NCBI GenBank assembly: GCA_012515645.1
Contig: JAAYXY010000012.1
Span: 1 to 28,160, forward strand
Length of the DNA: 28,160 nucleotides
Source: Candidatus Peribacteria bacterium
Lineage (GTDB): Bacteria; Patescibacteriota; Gracilibacteria; Peribacterales; Peribacteraceae
Reading direction: 5' to 3'
In this document: positions 16,632-25,988 of the stretch, piece by piece
How the letters are laid out: each line of letters opens with the position of its first letter
Numbering within the stretch: position 1 is the first letter of the stretch
Notes under the pieces: model-generated
Told to the model about the DNA's origin: nothing
The model's input: only the letters and a program-made list of their open reading frames with translations
Databases searched by the model: none
Program-made: the position numbers and the translations under genes

Positions 16632-16985
16632 GACCTCCCTACGTGTGGCGCGATTGCATGAGCGCGCCGCTCTATTGGTGTTTGATGGGTTGCCCTTTGG
16701 TGAGCCCGGGCCGGCTTCCCGTTTCCGGGAGGTGTGTGTTTGGATGTCTGTATCCGGCAGCCAGTGGCTGCCGGATAAAGGCAGGGAGGGAGGAGAAGTG
16801 GCTTTTCAACCCGCACTTTCGGAGGTTAGACCCCCGAAAGTGCGGGAGCCTGGACTGCGTCCAGGTGTAGAACCGGGCTCCGGCGAGAGCACGAAGCGCG
16901 AGGCCGCGTGCACCGCAAGATTGCCTGGTGCCACTCCTCCTCTCTCCCCGCAGGAGGAGGTTGCGATGATCAAAAGGAACGAAAT
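16597..16985 (-). ncRNA. Candidate ~390-nt structured non-coding RNA (unknown family)
   Basis: At least seven hairpins (two perfect 13-bp), a ~22-bp long-range helix, extended -10 TGgTAGAAT at 17000-16992 and a terminal hairpin with U-tract. Strand and ends are inferred. Confidence 0.5.
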
Positions 16986-17028
16986 CTATTCATTCTACCA
17001 CAAACACGGTTGGTGGACAATCCTATGA
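16966..17028 (+). CDS. Possible 20-aa peptide MIKRNEIYSFYHKHGWWTIL
   Basis: AGGAGGAGG SD (16952-16960) lies 5 nt before the ATG. No other coding evidence. Confidence 0.35.
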   Translation: MIKRNEIYSFYHKHGWWTIL

Positions 17029-17045
17029 TCGGTTACCATGGTTCC

Positions 17046-17633
17046 ATGGGAAATACGCAACTCGGCAAGCTTGTGCTCATCATCGGTCCAAGCGGTGTTG
17101 GGAAGAGCGTGGTGCTGCACCGCCTGCGTCAATTGCATCCAGAAATGGTGTTTCCACGTTCGGCAACCACCCGCGAACGCAGAAAAGGGGAGGGGAGCGA
17201 CCTATACCATTTTGTGACGGAAGAGGAATTCGATGCGCTTGTGGAGCGCGGTGGTGTGCTGGAATGGGCGGTAGTGCATGGGGGTGCACGGTATGGCACG
17301 CTGCGCGAAGAGATTATTCCGGCAATCGAAGAGGGCAAAACAGTGGTGCGGGAAGTGGATGTGCAGGGATTTGATAGCATTCGCAACCACGCGTTCTTCC
17401 GGGGGCAGGATGCGCCGTATCTTCTGCAGTCGGTCTTCATCCTGCCCGAGAGCACAGATCAGCTCGTCGAGCGCATTCGCAACCGTGCCCCCATCGACGC
17501 GGACGAACTGGCCAGACGTATCGCCAGCATGGAGCAAGAGCTCACCTATGCCGATCTCTGCGATCACCGTATCGTGAATCGCCAGGGTGCACTGGAACAG
17601 ACGATTGCGCAGGTTGAGGCAGCAATAAAGTAA
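17046..17633 (+). CDS. gmk: Guanylate kinase
   Basis: GPSGVGKS, SATTRERRKGE, LEWAVVHG, YGT, DVQG. ATG lies 6 nt after TACCAT. Confidence 0.95.
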   Translation: MGNTQLGKLVLIIGPSGVGKSVVLHRLRQLHPEMVFPRSATTRERRKGEGSDLYHFVTEEEFDALVERGGVLEWAVVHGGARYGTLREEIIPAIEEGKTVVREVDVQGFDSIRNHAFFRGQDAPYLLQSVFILPESTDQLVERIRNRAPIDADELARRIASMEQELTYADLCDHRIVNRQGALEQTIAQVEAAIK

Positions 17634-17677
17634 GCGCTTTTGCGTGCATGCTCATTACAGGTCAGTAGAATGCTTGC

Positions 17678-18670
17678 ATGCCGCGTCCGAATATCGCTCT
17701 CCTGTATGTTGGCGGGTCCATCGGCATGAAAATGAATCAGAAAACTGGACGGATTGAACCGATCGAATCTCTCATTGAAATTCACAGGTTCCTCCCGGAA
17801 CTGCAGCGTGAGGTTGCTCTCAAGTTCTTCTCGCTCACGAACGTGGGTTCTTCTGAAGTGATGCCCGAACACTGGGCAGAGGTAGCACGCACTATTGAAT
17901 CGATCTATGACGAATTCGACGGTTTTGTCGTTGTGCACGGTACCAATACGATGAGTTACACGGCAGCAGCACTGAGTTTTGCGCTGCAGGGACTCAGCAA
18001 GCCGATCGTGATGACCGGGGCGATACTACCCATCAATGATATTGCAGGCGATGGTCGCATGAATTTGATCTACGCTATTCGCACAGCGCAACTCGATATT
18101 GCGGAAGTCTGTGTAGTTCTGGGACCGCAGGCACTCCGCGGTACGCGCATAAAGAAGGTGGACCAGTCGCTTTTCCGGACATTCGATACGCCCTCAATGG
18201 CCCCGCTAGCGCAGTTCAATTCCCGGGTGCATCTCTCCCCGGAACGCATGGTACGCCGCAAGCGGACGATGCACTGTCACCCGCACTTCGACGACAATGT
18301 CGTGCTCATAACCCTACATCCCGGTATGAGTGCCACGTACCTCGATGCCATTCTTGCGGCCAGACCACACGGCATCGTACTGCGCACATTCGGGCCCGGT
18401 ATGATCCCAAAGAACCTCTTCCCATGGATTAAAAAAGTGGCGCATGCGGACATACCGTTACTCATCACATCGCAGGCGTTGCGGGGGAAAGTAGATCTCT
18501 CGCGCTACCGCAAGCAGATGGCGTTCGAAAAACTGGGGGTGATCTCTGGCAAGAACATGACCTATGAATGTGCTATCGTAAAGCTGATGTGGGCGCTAAA
18601 GCAGTCAAAGAACCTGCGCCGCATCCGCATGCTCATGGAAGAAAACCTGGCAGGGGAATTAGATCCGTAG
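17678..18670 (+). CDS. ansA: L-asparaginase type I-like protein (variant active site)
   Basis: YVGGSIGM, HGTNTMSY, KPIVMTGA, C-terminal GIVLRTFGPG and MTYECAIVKL. Confidence 0.8.
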   Translation: MPRPNIALLYVGGSIGMKMNQKTGRIEPIESLIEIHRFLPELQREVALKFFSLTNVGSSEVMPEHWAEVARTIESIYDEFDGFVVVHGTNTMSYTAAALSFALQGLSKPIVMTGAILPINDIAGDGRMNLIYAIRTAQLDIAEVCVVLGPQALRGTRIKKVDQSLFRTFDTPSMAPLAQFNSRVHLSPERMVRRKRTMHCHPHFDDNVVLITLHPGMSATYLDAILAARPHGIVLRTFGPGMIPKNLFPWIKKVAHADIPLLITSQALRGKVDLSRYRKQMAFEKLGVISGKNMTYECAIVKLMWALKQSKNLRRIRMLMEENLAGELDP

Positions 18671-18687
18671 GGAACAGCGTGGCGCAG

Positions 18688-18825
18688 TCAGGTACTGCCC
18701 TTATCCTCATCCTTATCCTCATCGCTGTCGCCATTTTCCTCCTTGTGCACTTTTTCTAGAACCTTACTGCCGATGATGGAACCGACAGCACTGCCGATGA
18801 CGAGACCGGCGATGAGCCGACGCAT
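18688..18825 (-). CDS. Small single-TM protein (YtxH-like N-terminus)
   Basis: MRRLIAGLVIGSAVGSIIGSKVLEK plus acidic tail. Alternative start at 18870. Confidence 0.6.
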   Translation of the reverse strand: MRRLIAGLVIGSAVGSIIGSKVLEKVHKEENGDSDEDKDEDKGST

Positions 18826-18902
18826 GGCGTGCCGTGGTTTAGGGACCGTAGCGCGCTTGGGAAACCACATCGGAAAGATAGTACCAGAAAAGCAAAGAAT
18901 AT

Positions 18903-20288
18903 TCAGCGGTTGAAATCCACTTCTTCGTAGGTTCTCATATGGTCGAGAACCAGAGCCTCCGCATCTGCCAGTTGCTCTGGATTCCGTGCCTCGATCACGA
19001 TGGAGAGGCGCGGGCTTGTGTTGCTCTGCCGGATGCCTGCCCACGCGTCATTGCCCAGGTCAATGCGTGCGCCGTCGAGCGTATTCACTGCAAAGCCCTG
19101 TTCCTGGAAATACTTCGTGGCGCTTTCGACAACGGCGGTTTTGCGGTCATCCGGGCAGAACGGCCGCTGCTCCGGCATCTGGTATACTGTGGGGAACGCA
19201 GCGAAACTTTGGGAGAACGGTTTTCTGCTGTGCGAGAGAATCGTCAAGACGCGTAGGGCTGCAACGAGCGCATCATCGAAGCCAAAGTATCCTTCTCCAC
19301 AGAAGAAGTGCCCCGACTGTTCGCCGCCAAGCTGCGCCTTGTGTTCCCGCATCGTATGTTCCACGAAAGAATGCCCTACGGCGCACATGACGGGCTTGCC
19401 GCCCCATGCGGCAATCTCGCTCTGGAGCACGCCGGAGTTGCTGACTGTAAAGACAACGGGTGCGCCGGTATGGCGGGAGAGGTGGTCTTTGGCGAGCAGA
19501 AGCAGTATTTCATCTGCCGTGCGGATGTCGCCGTGCTCATCGACTATACCCAGCCTGTCTCCGTCACCATCGAATGCTAGGCCGCAGCTGGCGCCCACAG
19601 CATGCACTTCCGCCTGTAAGTCAGCGAGTGTTTCGCGCTTGCTCGGGTCTGCCGGATGGTTGGGGAACGTACCGTCGGGTTCCGTGTAGAGTTCGGTAAC
19701 GCGGCATCCGGCTTGTCGGAGCGCCTGTACATACACAGGGCCTGCAACACCGTTGCCTGTATCGATGACGACGTGCAAATTTTCACCTATAGATCCAAAG
19801 AGATCATGTATACGTGCCAGATAGGGCGGTATGGAATCAAAAGGCGCCACCGATCCCTTTCCATGCAAAAACCGCTGTTCTGCAATTCGTTGCTTGAGTT
19901 GCTGCAGGTCTTCGCCGGCGAATGCCTCTGCATCGCGTATCTGCAGTTTGAGACCGTTATCCTGGGGTGGATTATGGCTTGCAGTTACCTGGACGCCGCC
20001 ATCCAATGCTTGTGTACAGATGGTGCAGTAGTTCACAGGGCTCGGCGTTTGTCCGATGTGCAGAACGTCGCAGCCTGCAGCCTGCAGCCCCGCAATCAGC
20101 GCCTGCTCGAATGCGGGGCTGTGTGTACGCGCATCGCGGCCCACGGCGATGCGCGGGGACTCAATGCCAAATCGTTCGCGCAGTTCCGAACCGAAGGCGT
20201 GGCCGATGAGTCGGCATGCCTCTTCCGTGATCTGATCGTGCACAATGCCACGAATGTCGTACGCTCTAACAATGGTTGGATCAATCAT
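18903..20288 (-). CDS. manB: Phosphomannomutase/phosphoglucomutase
   Basis: RAYDIRG, catalytic TASHNP, metal loop FDGDGDR, GEQSGH. Confidence 0.93.
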   Translation of the reverse strand: MIDPTIVRAYDIRGIVHDQITEEACRLIGHAFGSELRERFGIESPRIAVGRDARTHSPAFEQALIAGLQAAGCDVLHIGQTPSPVNYCTICTQALDGGVQVTASHNPPQDNGLKLQIRDAEAFAGEDLQQLKQRIAEQRFLHGKGSVAPFDSIPPYLARIHDLFGSIGENLHVVIDTGNGVAGPVYVQALRQAGCRVTELYTEPDGTFPNHPADPSKRETLADLQAEVHAVGASCGLAFDGDGDRLGIVDEHGDIRTADEILLLLAKDHLSRHTGAPVVFTVSNSGVLQSEIAAWGGKPVMCAVGHSFVEHTMREHKAQLGGEQSGHFFCGEGYFGFDDALVAALRVLTILSHSRKPFSQSFAAFPTVYQMPEQRPFCPDDRKTAVVESATKYFQEQGFAVNTLDGARIDLGNDAWAGIRQSNTSPRLSIVIEARNPEQLADAEALVLDHMRTYEEVDFNR

Positions 20289-20393
20289 GTGTTATGAGCG
20301 GAATATCCATACGGTATCATACACACGCGTGCAGGCCTGCAAACGCACAAACGAACATTTCATATTCTCATAAATATGGTATAATAGTACGAA

Positions 20394-22055
20394 ATGCACA
20401 CAAAGCTCACCACTGCGTACTTCACGATGGAAATCGGGATTGATGCGCGCATGCCAACATATGCTGGTGGTTTGGGCATTCTTGCCGCAGACATCATGCG
20501 ATCATGCGCGGATCTCCGGGTGAATGCAGCGTGCGTGACGATTGGGTGGAGGCACGGATACCTGGCTCAACATATTCGGGCAGATGGCACGCAGGAGTAC
20601 GAGCAGTTTGCATGGAAGAAAGAGGAATTTCTCAAAAAATTGCCACAAACCGTTACTGTGGAGGTGGAGGGGAGGACGGTCACTATCGGCTGCTGGCTCT
20701 ATACCGTGCAATCCGGTGATCATAGCGTTCCGGTATACTTCCTCGATACCGATTTGGAAGGCAACGATCCTGCGGATCGCGGAATCACAGGCCAGCTCTA
20801 CGGTGGCGACGGAGCCATGCGGCTGCGCCAGGAAATCGTCTTGGGCATCGGAGGTGTGCGGATGCTGCGCGCGTTGGGATACCGCGATATCGGCACGTTC
20901 CATATGAATGAAGGTCACGCGGCATTCCTCACACTCGAACTCCTGCGCGAGCGCGACTACAAAGACGATGCCGTGCGTGCATCGTGCGCTTTTACCACGC
21001 ACACGCCGGTGAAAGCGGGGCACGATGTATTTCCGTACGACCTCGCACATCGCATCGTAGGCGATATGCTCCCGTGGCACATTCGAAAAATCGCCGGGAA
21101 CGATGCACTCTCCATGACCGAGCTCGCGCTGAATATGAGCAGGTACACCTGTGGCGTTTCACAGATCCATGGTGAGGTATCCCGCAAAATGTTCCCCGGG
21201 CATGCGGTCGATTCCATTACGAATGGCGTACACCATATCTATTGGGCATGCCCGGAAATGCAGGAACTCTTCGACAGGCGGGCCAGTGGATGGCGCGAAG
21301 ATCCTGCGGTGCTCGAGATGGTCTCGCGTAGTTTTGATGACGAAGAGCTCTGGAACGCACACATGGCTGCCAAGCAGCGTTTGATTGATGAAGTGAACAG
21401 ACAAACAGGCAAGCAATTTTCGGCACAGTGCCTTACTATTGCCTCTGCGCGCCGCGTGGTGCCGTATAAGCGCCCGGAACTCCTGTATACCAATCTTGAG
21501 CGCCTCAAAGAAGTGTGCAGTGGCAGCGTGCAGATTATTCATGCCGGCAACGCGCACCCGAGCGATCCGTACTCACAGGAAGTCATCCAGCGTATGGTCC
21601 AGCGTGGCAAAGAATTGGAGGGTTCCGTGCAGATTGCGTACCTGGAAAACTACAATCCGGATCTGGCGCGTATACTCGTTGCCGGTACCGATGTCTGGCT
21701 CAATACGCCAATGCGTCTGCATGAGGCATCGGGCACATCCGGTATGAAAGCGTGTCTCAATGGCGTACTCAATCTCTCGTCGCTCGATGGCTGGTGGGCG
21801 GAGGCGTACGGGCGTGATCCGGAGGCAGGATGGCGGATCGGGCCGCTGGTCAAGGCTATAGACGATCCGGAAGAGCACCGCAAAGTGGATGCGGAAGACC
21901 TGTATACGCAGATGCAGTATGAGGTGGTGCACGAGTACTACTACAGCGAGCGACGCCGATGGATACGCCGCATGAAGCGTGCCATCGGTCTCATGGGGTA
22001 TTTCAGTTCCCAGAGGTGCGTACAGGAATACTGTAGGAAAGCGTGGAATGTGTAG
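20394..22055 (+). CDS. glgP: Alpha-glucan (glycogen) phosphorylase
   Basis: YAGGLGILAAD, HMNEGH, FTTHTP, ITNGVH, PLP-lysine motif EASGTSGMK, LDGWW. Confidence 0.95.
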   Translation: MHTKLTTAYFTMEIGIDARMPTYAGGLGILAADIMRSCADLRVNAACVTIGWRHGYLAQHIRADGTQEYEQFAWKKEEFLKKLPQTVTVEVEGRTVTIGCWLYTVQSGDHSVPVYFLDTDLEGNDPADRGITGQLYGGDGAMRLRQEIVLGIGGVRMLRALGYRDIGTFHMNEGHAAFLTLELLRERDYKDDAVRASCAFTTHTPVKAGHDVFPYDLAHRIVGDMLPWHIRKIAGNDALSMTELALNMSRYTCGVSQIHGEVSRKMFPGHAVDSITNGVHHIYWACPEMQELFDRRASGWREDPAVLEMVSRSFDDEELWNAHMAAKQRLIDEVNRQTGKQFSAQCLTIASARRVVPYKRPELLYTNLERLKEVCSGSVQIIHAGNAHPSDPYSQEVIQRMVQRGKELEGSVQIAYLENYNPDLARILVAGTDVWLNTPMRLHEASGTSGMKACLNGVLNLSSLDGWWAEAYGRDPEAGWRIGPLVKAIDDPEEHRKVDAEDLYTQMQYEVVHEYYYSERRRWIRRMKRAIGLMGYFSSQRCVQEYCRKAWNV

Positions 22056-22064
22056 AATGGTTGC

Positions 22065-23447
22065 GTGTTGCACTACAAAACCAGCGCATTCCTGTTCCGC
22101 CGCGATTTGCGTCTGCACGACAATACAGGTTTGATCCAGGCGCTGCGCCAGTCCGAAAGAGTCATCGCGTGTTTCATAGCAAGCCCTAAGCAGCTCAAGA
22201 CAAATGTATACTGCAGTGAACGCGCAGTGCAGTGTATGGCGGAATGCCTGGATGACCTGGCGATGCAGCTGCGCCAGCGCGGCGCACGGCTCTCCCTGTT
22301 TCAGGGGCATGAGCCTACCATTATTCGTGCTCTCGTGAAGGCGCAGGGGATTGATGCGATCTTCTGTAACCGCGACTACACACCGTTCGCCCGCCAGCGT
22401 GATGCAGAAATAGAGCGTACCTGTAAAAATGCAGGCATCGGATTCCACAGCGCAACTGATGCTCTTCTGCACGAACCCGAGGAGCTCCGCAAAGACGACG
22501 GTGCTCCGTACAGGGTGTTCACGCCGTTTTTCCGCAGGGCCATAGCGCTGGATGTGCGCATGCCCACGCAGGCGCGCGGCGTGTTCTTTGCAGACCGTGT
22601 GCCCGGAGCCAAAGCACACGTATCATCCGTGCTTTCGTGGCAACCGAGCAAGGAAGCTGCAGTCCATGGAGGCCGAACACATGCGCTCGCAATCCTGCGG
22701 CGCATGGATGCATTTCGGCAGTACGCGTGTGATCGTGATATCCCATCAAAGGATGCAACCACGCATCTGTCTGTGCATCTCACATTCGGTACCATTTCCG
22801 TTCGGGAAGCGTATGGTGCCATTGTGGGCACGCTCGGGGAAGATCATCCGCTCATCCGCCAACTGTATTGGCGGGAATTCTTTACGCATGTTGCCTGGCA
22901 TTTTCCGCATGTGTTTGGTCACGCATTCCGTACAGAATTTCAGAAATTGCAGTGGAGCCGAAGCCAACGGAATTTTCAGGCCTGGTGTAAGGGCAAAACC
23001 GGAGTACCGATTGTGGATGCGGGCATGCGGCAGCTCAATGCAACGGGATACATGCATAATCGCGTACGCATGATTGCAAGCTCGTTTCTCGTCAAAGATT
23101 TGCACATAGACTGGCGGAAAGGCGAACAGTATTTTGCACAGAGACTGCTGGATTACGATCCGTCCGTGAACAATGGCAATTGGCAGTGGTCAGCTTCCAC
23201 CGGGTGCGATGCACAACCGTGGTTCCGTATTTTTAATCCCTGGTTGCAACAGAAGCGCTACGATCCGGCATATGCATACATCAAAAAATGGATTCCCGAA
23301 CTGGCAGAGTGGAGCGTACAGGCAATTCAGGGGTGGGGCGTGGGAATGCAGGAGCAAAAGAGGGGAACGTACCCCAGACCTATCGTGGATCATGCAAGAG
23401 AATCTGCGTTTGCCAAAGATATGTATGCGCGTATTACACGCATGTAG
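22065..23447 (+). CDS. phrB: Deoxyribodipyrimidine photolyase (class I CPD)
   Basis: FRRDLRLHDN, YRVFTPF, QLYWREF, MHNRVRM, DYDPSVNNGNWQW, FRIFNP. Confidence 0.93.
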   Translation: MLHYKTSAFLFRRDLRLHDNTGLIQALRQSERVIACFIASPKQLKTNVYCSERAVQCMAECLDDLAMQLRQRGARLSLFQGHEPTIIRALVKAQGIDAIFCNRDYTPFARQRDAEIERTCKNAGIGFHSATDALLHEPEELRKDDGAPYRVFTPFFRRAIALDVRMPTQARGVFFADRVPGAKAHVSSVLSWQPSKEAAVHGGRTHALAILRRMDAFRQYACDRDIPSKDATTHLSVHLTFGTISVREAYGAIVGTLGEDHPLIRQLYWREFFTHVAWHFPHVFGHAFRTEFQKLQWSRSQRNFQAWCKGKTGVPIVDAGMRQLNATGYMHNRVRMIASSFLVKDLHIDWRKGEQYFAQRLLDYDPSVNNGNWQWSASTGCDAQPWFRIFNPWLQQKRYDPAYAYIKKWIPELAEWSVQAIQGWGVGMQEQKRGTYPRPIVDHARESAFAKDMYARITRM

Positions 23448-23458
23448 TGCTTGGTTGC

Positions 23459-24301
23459 TTACACTGCGTTATAGATCACGTTCACAATGCCGGCGCTTGC
23501 CAGAATAACGAGGAGCCCGATTACAACCCGGATGATGAGTGATTTTGCACGGCCGTACTGGTTATCGTCCCCGATATTGATAACCATCATGATGCCTGCG
23601 ATGACAATCATGATGACGGCAAAGAGACCCATGAATCCAACAACGATGTTCATCGCACGCACGATTTCGCTGGTGATGCCTCCAGGGGAACCTGTTTCGG
23701 TGATGGATTCTGCAATGATCAGGCGCACACCGATGAGGGTGAATCCTGCGACGACAGAAATGACGGTCCGTCGCAATTGTGCCAGGCCTTCTTCACTGCC
23801 CCAGGTAATGACGGCACGAATACCGCTCACAATGATCATGAGTACGGCGACTGTGGCCGCGGCGGATGTAAGCCACCTTGCCACACCGAGAATTTCCACA
23901 GACAAGCCGGATTCAAAACTGATGCCACCGCTGCCTATGGAGACATAGCTGGAGCCGAAGAATCCGCTGCGTATGGCATTGGTTGCGTTCACCAGCATGA
24001 TGGCGACAACAGAACCGATAATCGTCCGTCGTGCCGTAGTGGCGTGTTCTTCGCTTTGGCTGAATGCCATCGCGATCGCCGATGCCACGATGGCCAGCGC
24101 AGCAACGGAATTGATGATTGGCACAAAAAGAAGCGCTAGTCCTTCTGCAATAGAACCGACTTCGTTACCGAACCAGTTGGTGAGCACGCCGCCTGCATCA
24201 GCGATGCCGGATTGCGCGTCCTGCGCCATGGCGGCAAGAGGCAAGCACAGTCCTGCGGTCAGCGCGATGATTCCGATAGTGTATACGCGATGCAGGTTCA
24301 T
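23459..24301 (-). CDS. Membrane protein with three TrbC/VirB2 pilin-like repeats
   Basis: Signal peptide followed by three TM-charged loop (A/LR/K)-TM units. The ATG overlaps the upstream TGA (TGATG). Confidence 0.75.
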   Translation of the reverse strand: MNLHRVYTIGIIALTAGLCLPLAAMAQDAQSGIADAGGVLTNWFGNEVGSIAEGLALLFVPIINSVAALAIVASAIAMAFSQSEEHATTARRTIIGSVVAIMLVNATNAIRSGFFGSSYVSIGSGGISFESGLSVEILGVARWLTSAAATVAVLMIIVSGIRAVITWGSEEGLAQLRRTVISVVAGFTLIGVRLIIAESITETGSPGGITSEIVRAMNIVVGFMGLFAVIMIVIAGIMMVINIGDDNQYGRAKSLIIRVVIGLLVILASAGIVNVIYNAV

Positions 24302-25083
24302 CAGGAGGGGAGAAGAATGCGGACGATACCCAGCGAACTCATGACGACCACGATGGCGATAAGTGCGGTGATGATGAGTGTTTTGGCACGGTCCTTCAGG
24401 CTTTCGTTCACGGATACGACCAGCATGATGCCCGCTACAATCACGGTGAGAACGGCGAGGAGCCCGAAGAGCGTAGCCAAGAAATTGGCGATGCCGACGA
24501 TTTCGGCGTTGATGCCGCTGCTAAAAGCCCCCGGCTGAATGAGGTTGATGATTGGTACAGTGAGCATAACAATCGCAGCACCAATGAGGCTCTGTAGCAG
24601 ATTTTTGCGTGCGGAATCCGTGTCGCCTTCGCTCATGGCTGCAATCAGGCGGAAGCCCTGGATAACGATATTAAGAATGAGCACTGCCCCAACGAGTTGT
24701 ACGACGAATGTGATGATAGGGATGATAATGCCGGTTTCCGTAGCTGCGGGGGCAATCACATTCACGGTGCCGAAACTGCTCGCAAAGATATAGGCGCCCA
24801 GAACGACAACGGAACCGATGAATGCATTTAAGTATGCTTGAGTGGCATTCTGCATACCACTGTCGCTGCGGCTTTCTACGGCGAGCTTGAAGCCGTAGAA
24901 GACGAGTGCCGCAAAGAGCACGCCGACGAATGCGGTACCCAGTGCCGGCAGGATGCCAGCGACATACGTTGCCAGGTCCGCGTTGCATGTCAGGCTTCCG
25001 CTAATACAGGGGTCCACCTGGGCGGCAGCGGCAGCGGGCATGCCGCAGAGCACGGAGGCCAATACCAGTTTCAGGAAGCGCAT
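24301..25083 (-). CDS. Membrane protein with three TrbC/VirB2 pilin-like repeats
   Basis: MRFLKLVLASVLCGMPAAAAAQ signal, then three units such as IVAGIMLVVSVNESLKDRAKTLIITALIA. Start is 25083 or 25089. Confidence 0.75.
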   Translation of the reverse strand: MRFLKLVLASVLCGMPAAAAAQVDPCISGSLTCNADLATYVAGILPALGTAFVGVLFAALVFYGFKLAVESRSDSGMQNATQAYLNAFIGSVVVLGAYIFASSFGTVNVIAPAATETGIIIPIITFVVQLVGAVLILNIVIQGFRLIAAMSEGDTDSARKNLLQSLIGAAIVMLTVPIINLIQPGAFSSGINAEIVGIANFLATLFGLLAVLTVIVAGIMLVVSVNESLKDRAKTLIITALIAIVVVMSSLGIVRILLPS

Positions 25084-25195
25084 AATCATATAATTATACA
25101 CTAAATGCCATTTCTATACCAGTTTTCGTGATGCACCACACAGCATGGTATCTCTTCTGCATTGAATTTGCGCGTGGTATTCGTATACTCAAAGC

Positions 25196-25888
25196 ATGCA
25201 ATTCGATCGTACCGTTCAGAGCCGCCCCATCACGCTTTCTGCCTCCACAGAATCGCAAGCGTATGCCCTCTTTGCCATGGCCATGGCGCTCACGGTGATC
25301 GGTGCATATATAGGGGCGCAGTTCGCCACTGCTATTTTTAGCGCAGGACTGCATTTTATCCTGCTCTTCGCGCAGATCGGTCTGGTAATTACAGCGCGCT
25401 GGTGGATGGAAAAAACACCGCTCAATTACCTTCTTTTTGGTCTTTTTCCTGTGTTTTCCGGCATCGTGATCACGCCGTTTCTCTCCGCGGTGATTATTGG
25501 ATACAGCAATGGTCCGACCATCCTCATTAATGCGCTTGCCGCGACAGGCTTTATGGCTGGGGCGGCTGCGGTGTTTGCGCGTACGACGTCCTGGAATCTT
25601 GGCATAATGGCAAAGGGACTTTTTCTGGCTCTGCTCGGGCTGATTGCTTTTGCGCTGCTGCAGATATTCATCCCGGCGTTGCGCACACAACAGTTTGAAC
25701 TGCTCATTTCAGGTGGCGGTGTCATCATTTTTGCCCTCTTTACGGCGTACGATATGCAGAGGGTGCAGCGCATGGGTCAGATGGGTGCCAATCCGTTTAT
25801 GCTGGCACTCAGCTTATACCTGGATATCTTCAACATGTTTTTGTACCTGCTTCGTTTCATGTTGGTGCTTTCTGGGCAGCGGAGGTAA
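25196..25888 (+). CDS. Bax inhibitor-1/YccA family membrane protein
   Basis: About 7 TM helices, FTAYDMQR, C-terminal ALSLYLDIFNMFLYLLR. Confidence 0.92.
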   Translation: MQFDRTVQSRPITLSASTESQAYALFAMAMALTVIGAYIGAQFATAIFSAGLHFILLFAQIGLVITARWWMEKTPLNYLLFGLFPVFSGIVITPFLSAVIIGYSNGPTILINALAATGFMAGAAAVFARTTSWNLGIMAKGLFLALLGLIAFALLQIFIPALRTQQFELLISGGGVIIFALFTAYDMQRVQRMGQMGANPFMLALSLYLDIFNMFLYLLRFMLVLSGQRR

Positions 25889-25936
25889 AGGAAGAGTGCA
25901 ACCAGGAGCGGAAGTGTGCCACCGCAGTATGATGTT

Positions 25937-25965
25937 TTGACATAAATAAATTATAATTGTATAAT
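25937..25965 (+). promoter_or_regulatory. Perfect-consensus sigma70 promoter of vanW-like gene
   Basis: TTGACA (25937-25942), 17 bp, TATAAT (25960-25965). Confidence 0.9.
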
Positions 25966-25988
25966 ATACATATTAAAACACAATACAT

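Noticed and set aside
16597-16985. RNase P RNA, tmRNA, SRP RNA or group II intron
   Set aside because: Only fragments resemble them (ccgggctc, agaaccgggct, gaaagtgc). GAGGAAAGTCC, tmRNA tRNA-like ends, the SRP helix-8 motif and a proper D5 are absent by eye. An Infernal search is still needed.
16990-17022. Purine riboswitch upstream of gmk (TCTACC...GAC)
   Set aside because: The P2 arm and its conserved loop are missing, and gmk appears leaderless.
16645-17028. 127-aa plus-strand ORF across the structured region
   Set aside because: It crosses many perfect inverted repeats and has no recognisable motif or start signal. Only the last 20 codons have an SD.
21573-22619. 348-aa minus-strand ORF
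   Set aside because: Antisense shadow of glgP and phrB.
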